Below, piece after piece: positions 53,601 through 64,000 of a DNA stretch of 64,000 nucleotides. A program made the position numbers and the translations under genes. Numbering within the stretch: the stretch's first letter is position 1; each line of letters opens with the position of its first letter. The stretch covers positions 47,864,001 through 47,928,000 of the forward strand of contig OZ024750.1 of assembly GCA_964016885.1 (NCBI GenBank), given 5' to 3'. The notes under the pieces were generated by a model. The model saw only the letters and a list, made by a program, of their open reading frames with translations, was not told the DNA's origin and searched no databases. The stretch is from Eledone cirrhosa. Its lineage: Eukaryota.

Positions 53601-55559
53601 TGTCTGAATTCATTAGCACACCACACACCCACATATATCTGAAAAGTTTAATGTAAATTATTAAACTGTTTCGAAGAATAACAGGAAAGATGATTACTGA
53701 TCGGGTGGGATCTATGGATTATAAATAAGATTAATGACCGCTACTCATGTGTTACTATTCAAATTAAAATATAAAATACATTTCAACGAATAGTCAGATT
53801 CCTTTAATATTACTCCCTGAATAAGACACAAAAAGCAACATGTAACTTGTAAATATGTGTCAGGCATGGCAAACATATCTAATTTGTATCTAAGGGCGTT
53901 GGACTCAGATCTAATTAAGCATGCGTTCATTATCACACCATAATGGCGGTAAGTACATATAACCATGAAATTGTTAAGCATATTTCCATACAGTTTACTA
54001 ATTAGTTCATTGTTCCCTTCATACATCATGAGATTTATGGGCGTAATTCATCTTAATTATAATTACATATATTCCCCATTATATGAAAACAATTCTAAAA
54101 AGAGAAATAAATAGAAGGAAATAAATAATGGACGAAATAATAATGAAATTATCTGAGGAATTCAACGAAGGTTCTCAACCTATACTTAAATACATGTTTT
54201 TGTTTATTTTTTCTCTGTTAAAATTAAATGGTATTGGCACTTAAATCTGAATTATTTTCAACTGAAAATGATTTCATTGAACTCGGTACTTGGGCGGTTG
54301 ATCGAGAGTATACTTTGCAGTAAACAGCGACATTTTTTTTTATACGTTGATGTCAAATCCTGACAAGGTTACCTTTCCATTTCATCGCCAAGGGATCGAT
54401 AATATGAATTATCAGTAATGCACTGCTTTCAATTTCATAAATGTGCTCCTTTCCCTTCATTGGTGACTTTGTGCCAAAAATAGAAACAATTACAAACACC
54501 TAGAAACACCTGAACGAAATGGTTGATTGAGAGAAATGTTAGAGAATCGTAAAGAAACATTTCTGGTATTTACTTTCGACTCTCGTTGCTTTAGTTATCC
54601 CAAGGATCAATCAAATACGGTACTACTCATGTAATGGGCTTGACATAATCAACATTATCTCCGTACCAAATAGCTGCCAAAATCCTTGATTTAAAAACTA
54701 ATATTTAACGCATTACTAGGAAGACATCTGCACATTTTTCACACATACCTTTTTAAAATATTTTTAACATTTGAATGGAATTTAAAATCATTCTACCTAA
54801 CCGCTCCATTGATATCTAGGAATATTATATCCTCTTCATCCACAACATATACAATCCAACTAAGAATTGTATTGTTATTATAAAAAGTATATACTAATTT
54901 TTGGAGGAATGTGTGTGTACCAGAAATGGAAAAAAATGTATTTACATTCATATTTTCTCTGCAAAGCTGTTTTGCTAGAGAACTGGTCGCAGGTGGTGGA
55001 TAGCGATATGATCATCAGATATGATATGTAGTTGCTATAGAAGCGGGCAGCTGCCGGACGAATAAACAAGCCCTGGGATACTATAGTAGATAGAGTAATG
55101 GGTGACATCTTTAGCACCCAACAAAACTCTCATAGGGATGTCGATAAGACGAGTCAAGTAAAGGCCGCTTCTGAAAAAACTTAGTCTTTACGAGTTTGAG
55201 AAAGTAACAGATTGGTGACTGACACACATAAAACCAACAACATTTCAAAATGTTGAGAAGAACATAAAATTCCCATACCGCATTGCTCTTCACACCGGAG
55301 AGCAATGGACGCTTTCACACCTTAGGTAGAGAGGCATGTATCAAAAATATATTACAGTGTACATTTCATGCTACAAAAACTGGCAAAGGGCCTGTGAAGT
55401 GTCCTGGGACGCGTGGAATATAGGCACAAAGATTGAGTATAGTGAGATTCCAAAGAGGGTTCGGAAAGGAGCGTATCATAAAAAAATTATCCTCGGACGG
55501 CACAACACCTAAAGCTAAAGAGCAGTAAATGGTGGAGAAACCTAGATGCAACCGGTTGC

Positions 55560-56835
55560 ATGAAGTCGAAGTTTTAAGACAATATCCATGCATCTGGTAC
55601 TGTAAATTTGGATGAGGGACGTAAACTTCATTATTCTGAGGTGGAGTCAGAAATTAATAGTTGGGAGTTCGGAAACTCACAAGCTCCTGGGTGACAGAAT
55701 GTGTCATGGACCGTATCCCATTAGGAGAAATTTTCCTCTGGAGGCTTAGGCTGAAAGATAAGTCTCTGTAGTTGGTTCAAATTTATGCACAAAAAAGAGG
55801 AGTGTGAATACAGATCCGTCCTTGATGAAGTAACCTCAGCGTTAAATGTGTGTGTGTGTGACAGCTCACACCTATACAGGTTTAGCTGGCCTCCTCCAAG
55901 GTAGATCTCATTGGAGGTGTCTTGTGTGATTTAATGTTAGGGACCCGAGTCCTATCATCTGATTTCTACGGCTGAGTAAGCTGAAGCAATGTGAAATAAA
56001 GTGTCTTGCTCAATGAAACAACACTTCACCCGGTCCGAGAATTGAACTTACAAACTTTCGATTGTAATCTCAATTCTCTAACCACTAAGCCACTGATTTA
56101 TATATCCTGAGTTTCCTAATAAGACAGGGAATGGGGTCTCAACTGATCATCATATAGTTATCTGCAACGTGAGACTATCTAAAGCCTAAAAGGCTCACAA
56201 AGTGTTCAGCTACAGGGTGGCCTACAGGAACATGTGGGAAAAATTAATGGATAAGGAGCTGAAGACCAGTTATGCAGACACTATTGCATCCAGATTCAGA
56301 AAATTCCCTGTGTAAACTGAGGATGTTGAGACAGAATGGAGAGAGTTCAGCGCAGCAGTTTATATTTCAGCTGTTAAATGTTGCAAGCGAAAGAGTCGTG
56401 GTCTGGAACCAGAAAAGTGAAAGAGGCCAACATAACAAAGACGATTCTTGGCTCGGAAATATATCCTCCTTCTTCCACTTGAGGTACAAGGAGGCACGAA
56501 CAATCACAGTAGAGACAGTAAAGTTACTTCATGAGAGGGATTTGGGGTTAAGCTAGAAAATGTTCTGGAAAGCTATCCACCGACAACTTAAGAAGAAGTC
56601 ATCCTCCACACCTCCAATCAAGAACGCGTTTGGAGTTTTCCTTTCTTCAAAAAGGTGCACCCTCACGAGTAGCAGATAATTCTTTGCTGTTCTCCTAAAT
56701 TCTATCACAACATATATTTCAAACGAGGTGCATATGGAAGTGGTGAGGAATTTCCTTGCGGCCGAGATCATAAGAGCAGTTAAAAAACTAAAATGAGGCC
56801 AGGCCGCTTGGAAAGATGAAATCCTTCATGGGATA
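55560..56835 (+). mobile_element. RTE (Expander/Rex3-like) LINE remnant: APE endonuclease and linker
   Basis: GTVNLDEGRKLHYS..RLRLKDKSL.LVQIYA..STDHHIV..WEKL..DVETEWREF..KMFWKAI..AEIIRAVKKLK..DEI across stops and frameshifts. Confidence 0.7.
55850..56092 (-). mobile_element. tRNA-derived SINE (second family) inserted in the RTE remnant
   Basis: Minus-strand head tggcttagtggttagaga...gttcaattc, body aagtgtcttgctca, (CA)n tail. Confidence 0.7.
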
Positions 56836-57643
56836 CAACGACTTTGCGATCCATCTTGATTAAATAATTTGCTCCAAGGTACTCAATACACTTCTAGGTT
56901 CATCAAAGTGCAGACATTGATAGATTTCTTTATTTATTATCTTATATATCAAATAAGCAACCCTTTTTCTGGAGCGTGTTTCACAGAAATATATTTTCTA
57001 GGAATGAGATTCTATGGTAACAAATATAATTAAATCCCTCTAGTACACGTTAATATCCTTGTATAGAAATGTAACTTTATAAAAATAAAAACAAAGTAAA
57101 AAGCACCACAGAATTGAAATCATGGAGATGTGAAAGAGTTGAATTCTCCTGACACCATGAATCAAAGAAACTAAAATAGAAGAAAGAGAAATACTAAGGC
57201 GATGAAGAATGAATAACCAAACAAATGCTTCACCGTTTGATTACAAGTTTGTGAAGAATAATAATGTTGCCAAATAATATATTAGATACACGACAAATAT
57301 GTGTTGCTTTCTGAAAACGGAAATTCTGATACGAAGAATGCTTTTGTATTGAATCGAATTTTGATATTTTTTCTCTGCCCAATATGTAAGGAAAGATGTA
57401 AATGCTATTATTTTTTTGAAGAATATATAGTGTGATACCAAATCCAAAAGTATCCATTATTAAAAACCATCAAGCCAAGATTGCAGAATCGTTATACACA
57501 TAAAACGAAAACAGATGAATGTATGTAGCAATTTATATGAAAGAATAATGGGCCATTGTCAGGCTTAAAGAAATAATAATAATAGTAATAATAATAATAG
57601 CAATAACAACATCAACGACGACAATGACAACAACAACAACACC

Positions 57644-57675
<32 letters not shown>

Positions 57676-59632
57676 CAACAGCAATACATTTGAAGAGGAA
57701 ACATTTTAATTTATCTCTTCAGAGCAATGGAATTTTGAATCAGTTTCAGATAAAGTGAATAAAAAAGAATAAACATTATCAAATAAATTGCCTTTTGTGA
57801 GAGGAAAAACAACATTAAGAAATATAAAGACTATTGAATTCATGAAGTTTAAACAAATAATATCGTCAATGATGGCGGTAACTTATGAACAGGTATGGTA
57901 TGAGAGGTGACAAAGAATAGATTTTGATTAGTTTATTTAGTTCTCAAAATAAAATGTGGCTATACAATCTGAGATTATGGAACATCGTCAACAAAAATGG
58001 CTATAAAAATCACATATTTCGGTCTAGAGTTTCGACTAGATAACAAACAAGAGAGCACTAGACATTACGGGAGAAAGTGGGAGAAGAGCCATCAAAACAC
58101 AACGTGAAATCGATGGGTACGCAGCACGAAGAGCATCTACATGGCTATCATTGAATAGAAATAAATATTTGACACATATTGAGATTTGATCATCAACGGT
58201 CATCTCATCTCATTGAGGATGCGTGTTGTTAGACTAGAATGATTTCATTATACAACAAATAGGAAGTGTCTGTGTATTTCCAATACTGCAGATATCTGAA
58301 GAACTTCCATATTTGTATTTGATGTTATCCTACCTCATCAGTTTTTGATAAAGGCTAGCCCTGGGACGTTAAAAACTGTTCTTCTCCTCATAGACATCCA
58401 ACCTATTATGCTTGTGTCATGATTTTGAGCACTAGCAATCATGAGAATTAGTCATTTCCTTTCCCAGCGAAGATCATGTTAGATTTTACATTGTAATACT
58501 ACAAACAATAATATGACAGTTGTACATTGCGTCACATATTGGTATTTTCTACTGTTGGTTAACATAATAGCTAGATCTTTGGCTTAATTATATTTTGTTA
58601 TAGTTCTTTAATTTCCCAGTTCAATTCTTGCTGTGCTCACATTATTCGTTCTTTCTTCTAGGATACATAAAATAAAGAAACAGCCACGTTTTCTCGAAAA
58701 CATAGCGATCTATAATTGCCCACATACTGGCTCTGACCTAAAAAACATTATATAGATTATCACTGGATAGTTGGAGACTTAGTTTCAGGAAATTATAAGC
58801 AATAAATTATGGACACGTTGAGTGATAGTTTAATATTTAGTTGAGTTTTCGTTAACCTTAAAATGGAGAAAAAAAAATGAAATTTGTAGGAGATTTCTCC
58901 ATGACATCCACCGCACCTGATTAGACTAGGATGTTCATTTCCCACTCAATAATTCGAGAGTTCGGTTTGGATATTTGTCGGTGCATAGTGTTCTTCAGCG
59001 AGACATTTCACGTGGTTCCACTTAATTCAGCTAGAATACATGAGTATGTAAGTTTCATTCAAGGGACAGGAATGTCACATACACGTCACACTGAATTTCC
59101 CTAATAAAGAGAAGTACTTTAAGTTTGCAACAGCCTCTATAATGCTCAGCCACTGTCATGGTTTCTTCTAGAGTCAAACATTGAGAGGGTGTCCAGCACA
59201 CATAAATACATTCACCGGTGCGCACACATACAAGTAATCCTAAACCAGTGCCTGACCAATTTAAATGTCTGAACACTCCACAGTATCATAATAGCCTAAC
59301 CAGATTTACAGTGATGTATGAATCGATATAGCAACGTTATTCCTTAAATGCTGTCATGCTGTCATGCTGGAGCATTTTCATCTATTTATTTATACACATA
59401 ATAAATAATATCACATAATAAATAATTGTTTCTACTTTTGGCACAAGCCCAGCAATTACCCAGTGCAATGCTGGTACTTTATTTTATCTAACCCGAAAGG
59501 ATGAAAGGCAAAGTTAACCTCGGGGGGATTTGAACTAATATATGCTTATATTTTGTAAATCAACTAGGTTTTAATATATAATCGGCATTGTGTGGCTTCT
59601 ACATTTACTCTTATCCATACAGACATGTGTGA

Positions 59633-59725
<93 letters not shown>

Positions 59726-60028
59726 CATGTATGTGTGTGTGTATGTGTATATGTGTGTGCATGTATGTGTGGGTGTGTGTTTGTGCGTGTGTTTGTGCGT
59801 GTGTGTAGAAATTCTTATACATCCGTATCTACAGAGGTATGTTTATATATGTATGCATTTATATATATATATATATATATATTTATTTATATATATATAT
59901 ATATATGTATATATATAGATAGATACATAGTTGCATCCATGCATCCATATATATATACATAATGACGTACATACATACATGCATATATACATACATAGAT
60001 ATATATATATATACACAGACACACGTTA

Positions 60029-60487
60029 TAAGGTGTTGAGAATTGGTCTTATCTGCCATTCATTGAAATCACATTCGCTTCAGAAGCTAACAAGTGATGC
60101 ATTTGCATAAAGGAACTAATTTGATTTCCATCCACTTTAGTTCTCCGCCATTTTACAATGGATATTGTGAACTACCGATCCACAGACGATAAGCAAAGCG
60201 AAGTAAAAAGGAAGGCAACGAAGAGACGCTTCTATTTTTAGTACATTATACCCACTTGGTTTATCAATGAAATCTTCTCTACGTAACTGTGCCAAATGGA
60301 AGGCTTGGATGGATCATATGAAACACAATGGCCGGTTCTTATTGATTTTTAACTGCGTAAGCACCTCGGCTATAATGAAACGCCTTGTGACAAAGATGAT
60401 AGAAATGATTCGAAAATATTTGCCAAACGTCCTAACAGAGCGCGCAGACTTAAATTATGATCTGTCAAAACCAATTTCCATTATCTA
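60029..60487. mobile_element. Possible decayed mariner-type MITE
   Basis: Weak TIRs (gagaattggtctt / aaaaccaatttcc) with TA ends. Confidence 0.3.
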
Positions 60488-60648
60488 AAGATAAAGTTAC
60501 CAATGCACGTGATTAGTCAATGGTTTGACTATATATATATACAGAGAGAGAGGGAGATAGAGAGAGAGAGAGAGATGCTACTGTTGAGGAACAGAAATAA
60601 ACCATGGAACATTTATGACTGAGCAGTGAATTTACTTCCGTGTAAATG

Positions 60649-60685
<37 letters not shown>

Positions 60686-60689
<4 letters not shown>

Positions 60690-60815
60690 GAAGGAAACGT
60701 GGTGAGGAACCAGATGGACCATAACGCACCAAAGTACTCAAAACGTAGGGTAGTAGAATGGGTAATAGGAACGGGTAGGACCCGTCGGAGCTCAGCCGTC
60801 GGGGTCCTACCCCTT

Positions 60816-60860
<45 letters not shown>

Positions 60861-61066
60861 ACATATATAGGAACACGTATGACCCCGAGGGCAGAGCTGA
60901 AGACGTTTCGACGGCTAATTCTGGACTGAGTCTAGAATTAGCCGTCGAAACAGCTTGAGCTCTGCCGTCGGGGTCATATATGTTCCTATTACCCACTCTA
61001 CTACCCTAAGTATTGAGTACTTTGGTGCGTTATGGTCCATCTGGTTCCTTAGCACATTTCCTTCCT

Positions 61067-61068
<2 letters not shown>
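60686..61068. mobile_element. Two family C elements in opposite orientations (60686-60818, 60868-61068)
   Basis: Tail plus hairpin matches 24187-24374; (TA)n flanks. Confidence 0.85.
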
Positions 61069-61085
<17 letters not shown>

Positions 61086-61106
<21 letters not shown>

Positions 61107-63447
61107 GGAAAAATTTGAACAGAAACAAAACAGAGAGGAAGTACAACGAATGTTTATTAATGTCACGCTCTGGAGAGTGGGGTTGTGGTGGGGAACGACG
61201 TTTCGGGCACAAGCCCTTCCTCAGGTGAGAAGTGTGTGGGAACAGAGTTCAAAGGGTGTGTAGGGGAGTGGTGGAGAGACATATAGCGAAAGGAATCGGT
61301 GTGAATGAAATTAAAAATTAAAATAAAGCATGATCAATATACAAGGAATGAAATAAAATTAAATATAAAAGCATGATCAAAATAAACTGAAATTAAAAAG
61401 GGGTAAAACAGGTGGTGGAAGTGTGTGGGTGTGTAGGGGTTGTGACGGGTGGAGTGGGGACAGGGAGACGGGGTGTCCGAGCGGGAGGGCTGAAGGTGGT
61501 GTGTGTGTGTAGGTGTACGTGTGTGTGTGTGGGTGTGTGTGTGTATGTGAAAGTAAGGGTTGGGGGAAGAACGGGGTTGCATGTTCAGGAAGATGTGTAT
61601 GTGGGGGGGGGGGGGGGGTTGTACGTCGGAGTGTATGTGCGTGTGTGGATAGAGGGGTGGGGGGAGAGGAATCAGGAGGCTGAGGGTGTAAATATGTGCT
61701 GGAAAGCATGTGTGTGGGCTTTAAGCGTGTTGCGGGTGTAGGTGGCGTGTGGGAGAAAAAACAAATTGTTGGTGTGTGTGTGGGTGAGTTATATAGGTTA
61801 TTCCGTAAGAGGATGGTTGAAATGTTGGTAAATTCCTATGATGTTTAATAGATTCTGTAGTGGTCAAGTTCCACATACGAGTATTCCATGAAGAGATGGT
61901 CGGAAGAGGAGAGATGTGGGGTGCGCGCGCAACAGGAAGTGGTCAAGCGGTGGGAGTACTGTGTGTCTGTTTGTGCTGAGAGGTGGTCAGAGGGCAAAGC
62001 AGCAGTCGGTGGAATGGTAAAGGGGCGAGGATGGGTAGGTGTGAAAGTTGGAGTGAGGAGGGTGTGTGTGTATATTAGTAGAGGTGTTAGTGGGATGAAT
62101 GAGTGTGGTGCGAGGGTGTGGGTGGAGCGGGGAGAGAAGGGTGTGTGTAGTTCTATGGAGGGAGTGTGGTGTACTGGTGTGAGTGTAGTTTGATGAAGGG
62201 GGTGTTAGTGGGTGTTAGTATACGGGAGGTGGGGAAGGGTTGAATGCAGGCGTGAGTGGGGGTTAGTGGTGGTAGGGTGTGTAGAGTTGGTGGTGTACGA
62301 GGGTGTGTGGGTACGTGTGCGTGGGGTTGGGGGTGTTAGTGATGTTAGTTGCGTGTGGGGTGGGTGGTGTAAGTGGGTGCGGGTGTTCGTGTGCTTGGGG
62401 TCAGGGGGTGTTAGTGAGGTTAGTTGCGGGGTGGTGGGATGGAGGTGTGGTGGTGAGGGTTAGTGGTGGTAGTAGGGTGTGTGTTTAGTGTGAGCGCGTG
62501 TATATATGTGCCGGTGGGTGTGTGCGTGTGATAAGGATGGGGGAGGAGGAGAAGAAGGGAGGGATGTTAGTATGTTAGTTGGGGAAGGGTGGTCGGATGA
62601 GGGGTGGAGTGGAGGTGTTAGTATTGTTAGTGTGGGGTGGGCGGTGAAAAGGAGGGGTGTGTTAGTGGTGTTAGTGGGGGATACATGTGGGGGGAGGGGG
62701 CGGTCGAAGGCTAAAGAAATAAGGGTGGGGAGTTCAGGCCGGGGGGAGTGTGGGTCCGTAAGATGTAGATAGTTCTTTGTTCGACTCTAAGGCAATTGGC
62801 GGGTGTTCCGTGGCTTTGGTGTAGGCCACAGACTGTGAGAGGGCGTGCGGAATGTCCAGGGACACCAAAGTGGCGGGCGATGGGGGAACTACCACCGAGA
62901 CGAATATCCCGGAGGTGCTCATTGAATCGGTCCGCCAGGCGACGTCCCGTCTGTCCGACATGAGTCACGCTGCACTCCGTGCAGCGAAGTCCGTAGACTA
63001 GGTTGGAGGAGGTGCAGCGGAAGGCATGCCGGACAGAGTGAGAGTGGCCGTTGGGACCCTGGAAGGTGGTGGTGTTGGTGATGTGGGGACAGGTGTTGCA
63101 GCGGGGCCGAGAACAGGGAAAGGAACCGGGGGGGGGACATAGCGTGGGTTGGGGGGTAGCGAGCTGTGGACGAGGAGGGTGCGGAGATTGCGTGCACGTT
63201 TGAAGGATGGGAGTGGTGGGGTTAGGAAGATGTGGGAGGTGGAGGGGTCGGACTGGAGGCGTCGGAAGAGGCGGCGGATGGTGCGGTGGAGGGGTAATGT
63301 GGATGGGTGGTAAGTGAAGGGTAAGGGGAGACGGTGGGTGGGTGTGCGGTGGCGTGGGTTAAGGGTGGTGGGAAAGGGCCTGGGACTCGAAGTCAGCATC
63401 TCGGCTACAAAGGCGGCGGATCCTGAGGAGTTGGGAGTAGGGAATGG
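61086..63447 (-). mobile_element. 5'-truncated Neptune-like PLE: RT C-terminus/linker, GIY-YIG, long low-complexity 3' region, HHR
   Basis: RLPLPFTYHP..PPLPSFKRARNLRTLLV, a frameshift at a G9 run, then FPCSRPRCNTC..CTSSNLVYGLRCTEC..HVGQTGRRLADRFNEH..PIARHF..H..EQRTI..PPGLN (62711-63420). The Cx4CxxC linker is characteristic of Neptune PLEs. Confidence 0.88.
61195..61226 (-). ncRNA. Minimal PLE-type hammerhead ribozyme
   Basis: Minus strand ac-CTGAGGA-agggc-ttgt-gccc-GAAA-cg-TC-gt; palindromic ACGT stem III. Confidence 0.8.
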
Positions 63448-63472
63448 ATATATATAGATATATATATATATA

Positions 63473-63880
63473 TATATTAATAAGAGGAATTCCAACTTTG
63501 TCTGATTTACTCGTTTTATTTACAACCCTTTAAAATTTATAATGGTATTATAATGAAAAAGTATGATAGAATATTAAATTCTAAGTGTTAATTGAACAAG
63601 TACGTTCATGCTTTCGCAATCTTCAGGTTCATAATATGTGGTGACAGTCAAGTTTGCAATATTGCAAACTTGACTGTCACCATATATTATGAACCTGAAG
63701 ATTGCGAAAGCATGAACGTACTTGTTCAATTAACACTTAGAATTTAATATTCTATCATACTTTTTCATTATAATACCATTATAAATTTTGAAGGATTGTA
63801 AATAAAACGAGTAAATCAGACAAAGTTGGAATTCCTCTTATTAATATAATCTTCTATACACAATCATACACACCCGTGTA
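63473..63880. mobile_element. 376-bp palindrome (centre 63660/63661) plus ~30-nt tail, with an HHR-like motif on each strand
   Basis: Arms differ at about 3 positions; tgaac-CTGAAGA-t-tgc-gaaa-gca-t-GAAC-gtac-TT-gttca at 63690-63728 and its mirror at 63593-63631. Confidence 0.85.
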
Positions 63881-63891
63881 TCTCTCTTTCT

Positions 63892-63979
<88 letters not shown>

Positions 63980-64000
63980 ATATATATATATATATATATA

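Noticed and set aside
61334-62772. Gly/Val- or Pro/His-rich ORFs
   Set aside because: Low-complexity PLE 3' region; stop-poor by composition.

Overview
AT-rich, microsatellite-dense eukaryotic DNA, most likely intronic or intergenic sequence of an octopod cephalopod (inferred from the tRNA-derived SINE family, not proven). I cannot support any intact host gene; most ORFs in the track are microsatellite translations. The window is dominated by mobile elements. (1) Several unrelated Penelope-like element (PLE) families: five GIY-YIG endonuclease remnants and more than 15 type-I hammerhead ribozyme (HHR) motifs. Most copies sit in (TA)n tracts and often form asymmetric palindromes with a family-specific one-sided tail. 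(2) A GC-rich, 5'-truncated CRE-like non-LTR element (RT plus restriction-like endonuclease). (3) RTE LINE remnants. (4) Two non-autonomous Helitrons, one retaining a two-exon 104-aa STPR-like mini-ORF. (5) About 15 tRNA-SINE copies and a few MITE/foldback elements. Best observations: an intron-containing PLE copy and an exactly spliced copy of the same family coexist in the window, and PLE-end palindromes appear to be built de novo at each insertion, with fold-back centres clustering at the ribozyme. All alignments, folds and coordinates were read by eye; element boundaries are approximate.
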